Shown here: piece after piece, positions 1 to 9,327 of the stretch
Layout of the letters: each line of letters starts with the position of its first letter
Numbering within the stretch: the first letter of the stretch is position 1
Origin: Armatimonadota bacterium
Lineage (GTDB): Bacteria; Vulcanimicrobiota; JACPDT01
NCBI GenBank assembly: GCA_016183865.1
Contig: JACPDT010000279.1
Coordinates: forward strand, 1-38,392
Direction of reading: 5' to 3'
Length of the DNA: 38,392 bases
The notes under the pieces: model-generated
Told to the model about the DNA's origin: nothing
What the model saw: only the letters and a program-made list of their open reading frames with translations
Database searches by the model: none
Translations under genes and position numbers: made by a program

Positions 1-371
1 GAAGGGAAGGACCGGATCCCCATAATCTGGTGATGCTGCCGGGGACTTCGTCCACGGATGAGATGGTTTCCGGAACCAGGAAGGGAATTCTGGTCACCCG
101 TTTCTGGTACGACAATGTGGTTGATTCAAAGAAGACCCTGATGACAGGTCTTTCACGAGACGGGACATTTCTCATCGAGAATGGGAAAATTACGAGGGCT
201 GTCGGGAGTCTTCGTTACAATGAGAGCATTCTGGGAGGTTTTTCGAGAGCACAGGCTCTGGGCAGGAATCTCAAGGGCTTCAGTTTCGGGACCAGCCACA
301 TTGCCTGTCCTTCCATGTTGATCGAGGAATTCTGTTTCACAGGCAGCCGGGAGAAATATCAGGACTGGTAG
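1..371 (+). CDS. TldD/PmbA-family metalloprotease, C-terminal fragment (5' end lies outside the window)
   Basis: The frame is open from the window edge (codons from nt 3). GILVTRFWY..KKTLMTGLSRDGTFLIENGKI..PSMLIEEFCFTG matches the conserved TldD/PmbA C-terminal region. Stop TAG at 369-371. Confidence 0.8.
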   Translation, partial: REGPDPHNLVMLPGTSSTDEMVSGTRKGILVTRFWYDNVVDSKKTLMTGLSRDGTFLIENGKITRAVGSLRYNESILGGFSRAQALGRNLKGFSFGTSHIACPSMLIEEFCFTGSREKYQDW

Positions 372-397
372 GCGCCGAGAAGTTTACAAGTTGTTTC

Positions 398-426
398 TTC
401 ACTGTCTCTCTCCATCTGTGTATCAT
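398..426 (+). promoter_or_regulatory. Candidate sigma70-type promoter for the DUF3465 gene
   Basis: TTCACT (398-403), 17-nt spacer, TATCAT (421-426). Downstream are the SD-like AAGGGAGAGGG (447-457) and the GTG start at 462. Motif match by eye only. Confidence 0.3.
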
Positions 427-461
427 GGGATATGAGAACATTTTGAAAGGGAGAGGGTTCC

Positions 462-1007
462 GTGCCCATCATCCATGCGACCAACTATGGGAAACTTTAT
501 GGAATTCTGACCGGCCGCCGCACGGTCTCGGCGGATGAGAAGCAGTTTCTCCAGGATACCTTGAATCCCAAAGGGAAGACCTTCGCCACGGTAAAGGAGA
601 ATGTGGCCGATGATCCCCACAGGTCTACGGTGATAGATTATGGGGTTGTTGAAGCCGTCTTTCCTGATGACACCTCAGGGACGAAGCATCAGTTGTTCAA
701 CCTGCGGACAGAGGACGGATTCCTTGTAAAGGTCGCCCATAACATCACCCTGGCCCCCCGGGTCCCTGATCTCAAGAAAGGAAATCCCCTGGGCATAAAG
801 GGGGACTTTATCCCAAGGGATGAGCTGTTGCGCCTTCCCCTACCCGACGACCTGGAGATAGGGGATGTGAAGAAGTTCCTCAAAGATCCCGCGATCACAG
901 GATTGCTCCACTGGACCCACCGCCCCACGTCCTCCAATCCGAAGCACGAGAACGGCGGGATCGTTGTGTTTACTCCAGGGTCCGATTATGAGAAAGTGTG
1001 CCAGTGA
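462..1007 (+). CDS. DUF3465-family protein
   Basis: GTG start preceded by an SD. VFPDDTSGTKHQLFNL..G..V.VAHNITLAPRVPDLKKG and a C-terminal LLHWTHRP...H.NGGIV match the DUF3465 signature as I remember it (DD..G..HQ.F, HNIDLAPR, HWTH). Confidence 0.7.
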   Translation: MPIIHATNYGKLYGILTGRRTVSADEKQFLQDTLNPKGKTFATVKENVADDPHRSTVIDYGVVEAVFPDDTSGTKHQLFNLRTEDGFLVKVAHNITLAPRVPDLKKGNPLGIKGDFIPRDELLRLPLPDDLEIGDVKKFLKDPAITGLLHWTHRPTSSNPKHENGGIVVFTPGSDYEKVCQ

Positions 1008-1012
1008 TTTCT

Positions 1013-1603
1013 TTACCCCCGGGCGTTGCGGGCATATCTGATGACTGCCTGGGTTCCGTAGCTTCGCTCGATGGCGAGCATCCGTCTTAAGCCCCTCCCG
1101 TAGAGATCGGTTCTTCTGAGCATCCTCTGCACCTCTCCCGTCTCGCCCAGCGATTCCATCACTTTATAAGCCGCCCATTCGGCGAAACCTTCGTGGAGCT
1201 CGGTGGATGTGCCGCCCCTTCGGTTGTCCGCCTGCCAGGCATGGGCCAGCTCATGGGCCACTACCGCCATGGTAGTGCTTTCAGGAAGTCCGGTGACCAC
1301 GTAGATTTCCGACAGGGTCTTCGTTCTTCCTCGATATTCCGTCCGATAGAGGCCTGCGAGGTTGCCTCCGGCCGTGCCTCTGCTGATTCTTGACGCCACC
1401 GCCCTGAGCTCCTCTCTGCTTACGACTTTCAGAGTCGGCAGGGGGTATACGCGCATATTGAATCGTGTGGCGAAGATGTGCGCTGCTTGAGTGAGCATGC
1501 TCTGGGCATCTGTGTAGCCGCCCGAGTCATCGTCAGACCACCCTTCCTGAGCGGCCACGGGAACGGTTGTGGCAAAAACAAACCACAGCAGGAGGAAACT
1601 CAT
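1013..1603 (-). CDS. Secreted zinc metallopeptidase, MA-clan (HExxH ... EGxAE)
   Basis: AHELAHAW followed by LHEGFAEWAAY is the gluzincin pattern of Peptidase_MA_2-like proteins. The ATG at 1603 gives a signal-peptide-like N-terminus, MSFLLLWFVFATTVPVAAQEG. The tracked ORF extends to a TTG at 1747, but that extension is Arg/Ser-rich and looks non-coding. Confidence 0.7.
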   Translation of the reverse strand: MSFLLLWFVFATTVPVAAQEGWSDDDSGGYTDAQSMLTQAAHIFATRFNMRVYPLPTLKVVSREELRAVASRISRGTAGGNLAGLYRTEYRGRTKTLSEIYVVTGLPESTTMAVVAHELAHAWQADNRRGGTSTELHEGFAEWAAYKVMESLGETGEVQRMLRRTDLYGRGLRRMLAIERSYGTQAVIRYARNARG

Positions 1604-2000
1604 GATGGCCGCTGTGGCTTTCAATCCTTGAAACGATGAAGACCGGTTTCTGATGACCGGCGAAGTTGCAGTATTAATGGTAATCCTTCCCTTCCTAAAG
1701 ACAGACTTACCCCTGAGAGAGCTTGTCGCCCTTTCGTCGGAGATCAAAAGATTACCGGGATGAAACTTGGTTCTCGAAAACGTCAGTTCTCAGACGGGCA
1801 TCCGGGAACTTGGACGAAGTTCACAATAATAAGGTTCACAAAGGTCGGTGGATTTCCTCGCACTTCTCAAGAATTTTTTGATCCCGTGCAACAAAAGCTT
1901 CGAGGTTCTTGTTTCCACCAATGGAAAGGCCAGGAGCGGGTCTCGCCCGGCTCATTGCCCTCTAAGTGGCCCACGACATGAATAAGGAAAGTGATTTTGG

Positions 2001-2972
2001 ATGAGTGCGTTAGAGAGGTTCGGGGGATGCGAGCCGTGGGGTCAGTGGCTCAGTCTGAAGGTTTGGGCGCTGGGTCTTGTCCTGATTCTATGGTCTCCCG
2101 CCGCACAGGCCCAGTTGTTCCGGCCTCTTTTCGGGAGTGACGGTTCGCACGTGTCCCTTGAAGGCGAGGATCTTTACGGCATAGCTTGCCATTACAATCT
2201 CTCCGTCGAGCACCTGGCCCTTGCCAACGATATTCTTCCCATCCGAATTCAAATCAGCCCCGGCACTCGAATACTCATCCCGGGGCGGCGAATCCTTCCA
2301 GTGGCGCCTCCGCGAAACGGAATCGTCTTGAATATCCCTGAACGGGGACTCTTTCTTTTCCGCAATCAGCGGATGGTCAGATTCTATCCCATTGCCATAG
2401 GGAGGCCGAATAGCTCGGAGACCCCCGAAGGCAGCTTTCGAGTCACGAGCAAGGCCATAAACCCGACCTGGTTTCCTCCCGAAAAGGTACACTATTGGAA
2501 AGGAGCTGTCCGTCCAGGTTACGAGAATCCCCTTGGAAAGTACTGGATCGGCCTGGGTCCCAGTCGGGGGCTTGGCATACATTCCACAAACCGCCCCATT
2601 TTCATCGGTTCCGCACTGACAAACGGCTGCATAAGACTTTACCCGTGGATGATGGAGGACCTTTTCAGGCAAGTAAGGATCGGAATGACGGTCCGCATCG
2701 AATATGAAACCGCCAAGATCGGATGCGATCCCAGGACAGGGACCTGTTACCTTGCAGCCTTCCCTGATGTCTATGGCCGGGCTGATCCCTGCATTTCCGC
2801 ACAGAGGCTCCTCAAGAAGATCGGCTTGAGCAGGTTCGCGACTTTCGAGGCGTGGAAAGACCTGACAGGCCGATCTCCAGGGCTGGCTCGCCCGATCATC
2901 CTCAAGAGGACCGGCATTTCAGCCGCTGAGCTGGAAGAGCCGGTCCTCGATTCAGAAAAAGGAGGTAGATGA
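2001..2972 (+). CDS. LysM-domain L,D-transpeptidase (YkuD family)
   Basis: Signal peptide ending in AAQAQ. LysM-like YGIACHYNLSVEHLALANDI. YkuD catalytic motif GIHSTN......LTNGCIRLY (His ... Gly-Cys-Ile-Arg). SD AAGGAAAG upstream of the ATG. Confidence 0.9.
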   Translation: MSALERFGGCEPWGQWLSLKVWALGLVLILWSPAAQAQLFRPLFGSDGSHVSLEGEDLYGIACHYNLSVEHLALANDILPIRIQISPGTRILIPGRRILPVAPPRNGIVLNIPERGLFLFRNQRMVRFYPIAIGRPNSSETPEGSFRVTSKAINPTWFPPEKVHYWKGAVRPGYENPLGKYWIGLGPSRGLGIHSTNRPIFIGSALTNGCIRLYPWMMEDLFRQVRIGMTVRIEYETAKIGCDPRTGTCYLAAFPDVYGRADPCISAQRLLKKIGLSRFATFEAWKDLTGRSPGLARPIILKRTGISAAELEEPVLDSEKGGR

Positions 2973-2976
2973 GAAA

Positions 2977-4857
2977 ATGGTTTTCAACCATTTGCGAATA
3001 TTACTCTTGATCGCTCTGTTGATTCTTACGAGCACTGCCGGAACCCGGGCAGGGGGAGTATGGCCGAGCATGTTAGGCATGGAGTCCCCCCTGGAATTGC
3101 CCGGCGTCGTTCAGAGCGTCAGCCCTGGGCCTGGTATCATCGCCGGGGCTGCTCCAGGCGCCGTGGTGCTTCAGGCCCCGTCGGGTGCGGTATTTGCTCT
3201 TCCGTTGACCATACCATTTACAGCCAATGGGGCGCCTGTGGCGCCTACCGAGCTTGCGCCCGGTATGGCTGTGACCGCTGTGATCCCACCAATAAGAGGG
3301 GAAATCCTTGCGGTGTCGGGTGGGATCATGACCGTTCAGACAACGAGCGGCGTCCTGCAAATCCCCGTAACCAGTCTCCCCACATCGGTGGCCCAGCAGA
3401 CCATCGTGCCGGTGCAGACGACACAGGGACAAACAGTGGCGATGCCGGTGGCCCAGGCGGTGACACTTCCTCCCAGTCAGGGCCAGATCGTCATCTCGCC
3501 GCACGTATGCCCGGTTCCCACGCCGACAGGGATGATCAAGATTCCCGCAAAAACAAGGGTTGATGTCCAGTTGGCCAACGGCAATATCATCAATGTGCCC
3601 ATAAACGCGGCACTGAACATGCAAAGGGCCCAGGGGGCGACGATACTGGGTATTGCTCTCCATGGCGGGAGACGCCTCGCTGGAAATGAAGCAAATGTTC
3701 AGTCTGCCTTCAGGCACCAGGACAACCCTTATGTAAGCTCCACGTCCAGCTTCCAGGTTGCCCAGCCTCTTACCTTCACCGGTGCGGTTAGAAATGTCTC
3801 ATCCGGGGGAGTTGTCCTCACAACGACTCAGGGCCATCTCCTCTTTTTTCCAGCCAAATCGGAGTTCATCTTAAACGGCGAAAAGGTAGGAGTCTCAGAA
3901 TTGAAGTCCGGCCACCTTGTCCGTGTGAATGTCCCGCCCGGGCGTTTCCGGGTCAAGGGGGCTTACCAGCAAAATGGAGAGACGATTCTCGTGTGCGAGC
4001 ACAATGTTACCCAGGAAGTCTCAAGCCAGGAGGTCGTCTTGATTCCCGTGGCGGCGGTCCCCAAAGGGGAGCACGGCAAGATACGGGTGGATGTTCGGCT
4101 CAGAAACGGGAACATCGTCAATGTCCCGCTCAACGCAGCTCTCAATATGGAGAGGGCTCAGGGGGCAGTGATACTGGGGGTTTACCCTCACGGCGGCCGA
4201 CGGCTGGCAGGCAATGAGGCGAATCCGAACTCACTTAGAAACCATCCTGACAATGCCTATTACGGAGTAATCGTCGGACAGGATGCCCAGAGCGCTCTGG
4301 TCGTCACGACAATGAATGGAAAAGCGGCTCTCGCACAGATCAAACACAAGGACGCCCCGGGTCTCAGCTCCATGAAACCCGGTGACCCTGTGAGCCTGGG
4401 TCTCTCCGAAAGCGGGAACCGGTTCGCGGTCAGCACCTGGAAAGCCGGTCATATCACCATTACTCAAATGTCTCAACCGGCCACGACTCCCTCGGGTACA
4501 ACTCCTGGGGGCGCTCTGGGTCCCAAGACATTGACCCCATCCGGCAAGGCGCCAGGCGAGGCTGGAGGTCCCCCGGCCATGACTCCTTCCGGAACGACTC
4601 CCGGCGGCCCTCAGGGTCCCCCGACCATGACTCCTTCCGGAACAACTCCCGGCGGTCCTCAGGGTTCTCCGGCCACGACTCCATCCGGTGTAACTCCGGG
4701 CGGTCCTCAGGGTCCACCTCCAGGTCAGTCTCCAGGTGGAGGTCCTCCGACAACGACTCCATCGGGCGTGACACCCGGACAACCTCAGGGACAGCCTCAG
4801 GGACAACCTCAGGGACAACCTCAGGGACAACCTCAGGGGCCGAAGGGCGGGTATTGA
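2977..4857 (+). CDS. Secreted repeat protein of unknown function, with an internal domain duplication and a Pro/Gly/Thr-rich tandem-repeat tail
   Basis: Starts 4 nt after the L,D-transpeptidase stop, so probably in an operon. Signal peptide MVFNHLRILLLIALLILTSTAGTRA. Two copies of the module R.DV.L.NGNI.NVP.NAALNM.RAQGA.ILG...HGGRRLAGNEAN. The C-terminus is TPSG(T/V)TPGGPQGPP units followed by (QPQG)5. Confidence 0.8.
   Translation: MVFNHLRILLLIALLILTSTAGTRAGGVWPSMLGMESPLELPGVVQSVSPGPGIIAGAAPGAVVLQAPSGAVFALPLTIPFTANGAPVAPTELAPGMAVTAVIPPIRGEILAVSGGIMTVQTTSGVLQIPVTSLPTSVAQQTIVPVQTTQGQTVAMPVAQAVTLPPSQGQIVISPHVCPVPTPTGMIKIPAKTRVDVQLANGNIINVPINAALNMQRAQGATILGIALHGGRRLAGNEANVQSAFRHQDNPYVSSTSSFQVAQPLTFTGAVRNVSSGGVVLTTTQGHLLFFPAKSEFILNGEKVGVSELKSGHLVRVNVPPGRFRVKGAYQQNGETILVCEHNVTQEVSSQEVVLIPVAAVPKGEHGKIRVDVRLRNGNIVNVPLNAALNMERAQGAVILGVYPHGGRRLAGNEANPNSLRNHPDNAYYGVIVGQDAQSALVVTTMNGKAALAQIKHKDAPGLSSMKPGDPVSLGLSESGNRFAVSTWKAGHITITQMSQPATTPSGTTPGGALGPKTLTPSGKAPGEAGGPPAMTPSGTTPGGPQGPPTMTPSGTTPGGPQGSPATTPSGVTPGGPQGPPPGQSPGGGPPTTTPSGVTPGQPQGQPQGQPQGQPQGQPQGPKGGY
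4483..4838 (+). repeat. In-frame coding tandem repeats: ~48-51-bp units (TPSGTTPGGPQGPP..) followed by 5 x 12-bp GGACA(A/G)CCTCAG
   Basis: Direct reading shows repeated actcc(t/a)tc(c/g)gg...cctcagggt units from about 4483. Five consecutive 12-bp units span 4777-4836. Confidence 0.75.
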
Positions 4858-4865
4858 CGCAAGAC

Positions 4866-4898
4866 AGGGGACCTCTTTGGAGGTCCCCTGATTTTTTT
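4866..4898 (+). terminator. Rho-independent terminator
   Basis: Perfect 10-bp stem AGGGGACCTC (4866-4875) / GAGGTCCCCT (4880-4889), loop TTTG, then T7 (4892-4898). It lies 9 nt after the stop of the repeat-protein gene. Confidence 0.85.
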
Positions 4899-4981
4899 CC
4901 GGCGCCACCCAGGATTTGCTGTCAGAATGTGTATACGTTCAGGAGGGGGTACGTCAGAATTTCGCCACAGCGTTGCTTTTG

Positions 4982-6298
4982 ATGATGGCGGGCAGGTTAT
5001 CAGCCCCCTCCGTGCAGAAAAACGGGTGTATGCTTCTGCTCTTCTTACTCGGCGTGGCTCTTGAAGGAGCTTTTGCGGCAGTTCTCTTACTTGGCGACTT
5101 GCGGCGGTCCGTGGCGTGGTTCCTTCCGATTTACGGCACAGCCTTTGCCATCTATTTGACGGCACTGAAGGTTGCCTGGGACGAAGAGCGGCCTAAAGTT
5201 GTGCAGATGGTGCTGGCTCTGGCGATCCTGTTCAGATTGACCCTCCTTTTGGGCCAACCCACCCTTTCCCCTGATGTGTATCGCTATCTCTGGGAAGGCA
5301 GGATTCAGGCGCACGGGTTCAATCCTTACCTGGAGGCACCTCACTCCGAGAAGCTGCGACCCTTGAGAGACGAGGTCTACGAACGGGTGGAGTACAAGGA
5401 GCTGCCCGCCATTTATCCTCCACTTATGGAGCTTTGCTTCAGGGCGCTGGCGTGGCCCTCGACTTCTCTCTTCAAAACCCGGGTCTTTTTTCTGTTATGC
5501 GATCTGGGTGTATTGTGGATTCTTTTCCTGTTGCTCCGGAGGCGGGGCTTGCCCCCAGGGAGAGTCCTGGTTTACGCCTGGAGCCCGCTGGTTCTTATTG
5601 AATTTGTCCTGACCGGGCACAATGACTCCCTGCCTCTTTTCCTTCTTCTTCTGTCGGTCTATGCTTTTGATGGGGGGTGGGCGATTCCCTCTGCACTCTG
5701 CTTCTCCGGGGCGGTGGGCGCCAAGTATTTTGCTCTTTTCATTGCGCCAGGTCTGGCAGCAGGGAAAAAGGCATGGGCCCTGATCTTCCTTCCTCTGGTC
5801 CTGGGACTTGTCTATTGGCCCTTCGCCGCCGCAGGCCCGTCTCTCTGGATCACGGCAAAGGAGTATCTAAGCCGGTGGCGCTTCAATGACTCTCTCTTCG
5901 GCCTGGTTTTCTGGTACACTCAGTATCTTCAGAGGAGCCACAAGATCGTCCTATTGATCTTTCTGGCTTATGTGCTCTATCTTTTCTGGAAAAAGGCCGA
6001 CCTGGAAAAGGGGCTGATCCTTACCATGGGCGCCTACTTTCTCCTGACTCCTGTCCTTCATCCCTGGTATGTGACCTGGATCGTTCCCTTTCTGGCTTTT
6101 CACCCATACAGGGGATGGCTTCTCTTTACAGGAACCGTCATTTTGGCCTATGGCACATTTCTCAGCAGCAATCCTCAGCCCGGCGAGTGGACGGAGATTT
6201 CTGCCCTGAAATGGCTGGAATATCTTCCCGTGTATGGGCTGCTCATCGCGGATTACGTGGGGAGAATTTGCCGCAGAGGCACAGAGACGCAGAGTTGA
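4982..6298 (+). CDS. Polytopic membrane glycosyl/mannosyltransferase, GT-C fold (DUF2029/GT87-like)
   Basis: More than 10 hydrophobic segments. The first-loop motif LSPDVYRYLWEGRIQAHGFNPY ... LPAIYPPL is typical of DUF2029/PimE-like transferases. The start is ambiguous: TTG 4916, ATG 4982 or ATG 5030. Confidence 0.6.
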   Translation: MMAGRLSAPSVQKNGCMLLLFLLGVALEGAFAAVLLLGDLRRSVAWFLPIYGTAFAIYLTALKVAWDEERPKVVQMVLALAILFRLTLLLGQPTLSPDVYRYLWEGRIQAHGFNPYLEAPHSEKLRPLRDEVYERVEYKELPAIYPPLMELCFRALAWPSTSLFKTRVFFLLCDLGVLWILFLLLRRRGLPPGRVLVYAWSPLVLIEFVLTGHNDSLPLFLLLLSVYAFDGGWAIPSALCFSGAVGAKYFALFIAPGLAAGKKAWALIFLPLVLGLVYWPFAAAGPSLWITAKEYLSRWRFNDSLFGLVFWYTQYLQRSHKIVLLIFLAYVLYLFWKKADLEKGLILTMGAYFLLTPVLHPWYVTWIVPFLAFHPYRGWLLFTGTVILAYGTFLSSNPQPGEWTEISALKWLEYLPVYGLLIADYVGRICRRGTETQS

Positions 6299-6306
6299 CG
6301 ACAGAG

Positions 6307-9300
6307 CTACTTCTCAGGCGCCACCACAATGTCTTTTGTGACGATGTTGTTCTCCTTATCGGCCTCCGGTATCTTGGCTTCAGGATCAACTATGATCGTG
6401 ATTCGGTGCAATCCGGGTGTGGCGCTCTGCCACCTTCGGCTGATGGGAATCTTGCTGGAGCCGGGGATGGATTCCAGCATTTCTCTCACGAATTCGACTC
6501 CATCCTGAATGAAGCTCACAGCTACCTCTCTTGCCGGCACCCTGCCCGAATTCGTGACAATAGCGGTAATCAGGATCGGCTCATTCGCCTTGGGGTTTCC
6601 CACGCTGAACCGGAGATCCTCTTCCCTCACGGAGAGATCGGCGTATTTCCTTTTCTGCATCTCCCTCATGATGTCGAATTTCATCTCAGGTCTCAGCTCA
6701 ATCGTTTCCGCACGAAGAGGGGCCTGAGAAAGGTCGCTTTTCGCCGTGGTCCTGGGAGGTGGTGAGGTCCCTTTGCGGCTGGAAAGATTCTTGGAATGGG
6801 ACGAATTGCCGCTCGGGCCCTGCGCACCTGAACGGGCAGCCGTTCTCGCAGAGGGTGAGCCTGTCACAGTGACTTCTATGGTGGCTTCGTTGTTGTCCTT
6901 TCTTACATCCTCCGTTTGGTTCGTGGGGTCGGCCACAATCGTGATCTTGTGGGGTCCAGGGGTCGTGGCGGTCCATTCTGCCGAAAGGGCGCCCACGGAA
7001 GCGGGAGGAACACGATCTATGACGCCTTTTGCGAACTCCTTCCCATCAGCCAGGAAAACCACCGTCACGTTTCTGGCCTCAAGAGAGCCTTCATTTCGCA
7101 AAAGAGTGGAGACTTTCAAGGTTTCCCCTGCCTTGCACTGCCTGGGAGTCTCTATGGAATCACTTTCCCTGATTTGAAGATCCACCCCGGTCGCGGGCTT
7201 GCCGGGACCGAGACCCACAGTCTTCTCGGGGGGGGGTGTCGGAACAGGTGCAGGGGCAGAGGAGCTAGAGGAGGGCGCGGGAGGGGGTGTTGGGGCCGTG
7301 TGCGGTGCGGTAACGTTTGCCGGTGCAGGCTTCGGCGCAGGGGTAGAGGCAGTTGCCGGTGCAGACTCAGGGGTGGGTGCCGGAGTGAGCGCAGGCGCAG
7401 GGCTGGGGGAGGCGCCGGGGGTATCCTGGGTTTTAGGCCTGGTGGCATCCGGCGGCGTCAAGGGGGAAGGGGGCTCCGTCCTCGCAACAAGCTGCGACTG
7501 ACCGAAAAGGACAACCGTAAAGGCGTCCCCGTATTCATTGGAAGGCCACGGGTTGGCTTGGCCCGCTCCATCAAAGGCTCGGGAGCGAAAATAATAGCTA
7601 TGCCCCCGGAGCCCGAAGAAGGTGGCGACACCGGGCTCGCCCGCCTTGCGCACAATCCAGGTTTTCCAGATCCCCGTATCCCTGTCTTTGTATTGCACCT
7701 CAACTTTGCTTGCATTCACCGCTGTCCAGGAGACGGGGAAAAGAAGGTCCTTTTGCTCCGGCGGCAACGGCTGGACCTGGGAAAAAGGCGCTCCGGACGA
7801 CGGGGACGGGGATGTGGAAATCGGGGTCGGCGGAGAAAGGGGGGCCGGCTTTTCTTTCGGAGGCGCCGGTTGAGGGGTCGAGGGAATCGGTTTCTCCTGC
7901 GCTGGAGGTTTCTCCCTTGCCGTCAGCACAGGCGCCGGTGTAACGGGCTTCTCCGCGAGGGGGGCTGGGCCCGATTTGAGAATCACCGTGGTTTGAGTCT
8001 CTCCCTTTTCTCCCCCTGACCACGGCCCCGGGTTTCCCATCTCGTCAAAGCCCCTGGCTCGAAAGAGATAGGTGTGCCCTCGAAGGCCGAAAAAGGCCGC
8101 CTGGTTGCCGGAACCAGGTTTTCTCACAATCCACGTTTTCCAATCCCCTGATGAGGTGTCCTTGTACTGGATCTCGCACTTGGCCGAGTTTCCTGCCGAC
8201 CACGAAACGGAAAAAAGCAGGGTTTCCACCGTGGCCGGCAATGGGGTCACCGAACAGGCAGGGAGAGTCGCCCGCGTTCCTGCCGGAGTCTCACTGTTCA
8301 CCCCCGCCGCTTGAAAAGGGCTCTGCAACCGATGCAGCACCGCGGGAAAACCGCCTGCCTTTTCCCAAAGGGCTGATTTGTGGGGGACCGAAAGACTCAA
8401 ACCTTGGGAAAGAGGCACGATTTCATCTGATTTGCCGACAGTTGTATAGGTGTCCCCATTTCCCTCTTCCCGGGGCTCGGGATTTCCCTGCCCACCCAGA
8501 CCTCTTGCCCTGAAATAGTATGTCCGTCCCTTGATGCCCACGAACTGGGCCGAATTCGATTCCCCCTCTTTGCGGACCAGCCACTTCTTCCACCTGCCTT
8601 GCGGCCCTTCCCTGTACTCGATTTCGATTCCGGTTGATCCTCCGAAGCTCCATGTCACAAGGAACACAGGGCCCTTCACCAGCTCAGGAAGGGAAAGCAC
8701 CGAAGGTTTGGGGCCTGCGGATGTGGGAGCGGGGGAGGGGGTGGAAGGCGTGGGGGAGGGGGCAGACACGGGAGGCGTCGGCTGGGTTGCCGCCGGTACA
8801 GGGGTCTTGTCGGGTTGGGGCTTTGTGATTCGATCGGGCGGCGTAGAAACGGGTGCAGGAACCGGAGCGGGCACAGGAGTCGCAACAGGGGATGTACGCT
8901 CAGACCCGCCCACGGCAACCAGCTTGCGGGACTCATTGTTCGAGAAACTGGCTTCATTCTGCTGATGATCTTCGTTGATCCTGACCGAAAGCTCGTGCCT
9001 GCCGGGCGCCGCGGTCCATGACATCGTGCCCGCAAGGGGAAGGGAGGCGATGCCTCCGGGCGGGAGAATCGTCGGATAGTCCGCGCTCCCCACAGGCTGT
9101 CCGTCCAGGAAGAATCTTGCCTGAAATCCTGCGGCATCCCCGTCCCCTACATTGCGGACTGTGGCCAGAACAAATACAAGCTGGCCGGGAGACGGGTTCT
9201 CTGGAACCGTAACAATGGAGACCGACAGGTCCGGAAGAGTTGAAGCGGGAAGTCCGGAAGCAGCCAGAAAGAAAAGAATGATCCATGAGAAACAAAGGAG

Positions 9301-9327
9301 TCGCAGCTTGTCGGCAATAGTCCTCAT
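6307..9327 (-). CDS. Large secreted surface protein: CARDB domain, three FN3-like modules separated by Pro/Ala/Thr linkers, then two C-terminal CARDB domains
   Basis: The ATG at 9327 gives the signal peptide MRTIADKLRLLCFSWIILFFLAASG. CARDB-like DLSVS.V.V...P..GQ.V...ATV.N.G segments occur three times. There are three copies of LLF.VSW......K.E.QYKD...G.WK.WIVRK.G....A.FFGLRGH.Y.FR.R.FD..GN..PW. Confidence 0.85.
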   Translation of the reverse strand: MRTIADKLRLLCFSWIILFFLAASGLPASTLPDLSVSIVTVPENPSPGQLVFVLATVRNVGDGDAAGFQARFFLDGQPVGSADYPTILPPGGIASLPLAGTMSWTAAPGRHELSVRINEDHQQNEASFSNNESRKLVAVGGSERTSPVATPVPAPVPAPVSTPPDRITKPQPDKTPVPAATQPTPPVSAPSPTPSTPSPAPTSAGPKPSVLSLPELVKGPVFLVTWSFGGSTGIEIEYREGPQGRWKKWLVRKEGESNSAQFVGIKGRTYYFRARGLGGQGNPEPREEGNGDTYTTVGKSDEIVPLSQGLSLSVPHKSALWEKAGGFPAVLHRLQSPFQAAGVNSETPAGTRATLPACSVTPLPATVETLLFSVSWSAGNSAKCEIQYKDTSSGDWKTWIVRKPGSGNQAAFFGLRGHTYLFRARGFDEMGNPGPWSGGEKGETQTTVILKSGPAPLAEKPVTPAPVLTAREKPPAQEKPIPSTPQPAPPKEKPAPLSPPTPISTSPSPSSGAPFSQVQPLPPEQKDLLFPVSWTAVNASKVEVQYKDRDTGIWKTWIVRKAGEPGVATFFGLRGHSYYFRSRAFDGAGQANPWPSNEYGDAFTVVLFGQSQLVARTEPPSPLTPPDATRPKTQDTPGASPSPAPALTPAPTPESAPATASTPAPKPAPANVTAPHTAPTPPPAPSSSSSAPAPVPTPPPEKTVGLGPGKPATGVDLQIRESDSIETPRQCKAGETLKVSTLLRNEGSLEARNVTVVFLADGKEFAKGVIDRVPPASVGALSAEWTATTPGPHKITIVADPTNQTEDVRKDNNEATIEVTVTGSPSARTAARSGAQGPSGNSSHSKNLSSRKGTSPPPRTTAKSDLSQAPLRAETIELRPEMKFDIMREMQKRKYADLSVREEDLRFSVGNPKANEPILITAIVTNSGRVPAREVAVSFIQDGVEFVREMLESIPGSSKIPISRRWQSATPGLHRITIIVDPEAKIPEADKENNIVTKDIVVAPEK

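Noticed and set aside
1760-1981. 73-aa plus-strand ORF in the ~400-bp gap upstream of the L,D-transpeptidase gene
   Set aside because: It has no SD or recognisable motif and a basic, low-complexity composition. It was treated as intergenic promoter DNA.
4483-4838. Regularly spaced direct repeats that could superficially suggest a CRISPR-like array
   Set aside because: The units are contiguous with no unique spacers. They are in frame within a long ORF and translate to a coherent Pro/Gly/Thr repeat. They are coding tandem repeats.
6916-8019. 367-aa plus-strand ORF, plus several others nested in 6.3-9.4 kb
   Set aside because: They mirror the Pro-rich linkers of the CARDB/FN3 gene, giving Gly/Arg-rich translations. 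They have no start context or motifs.
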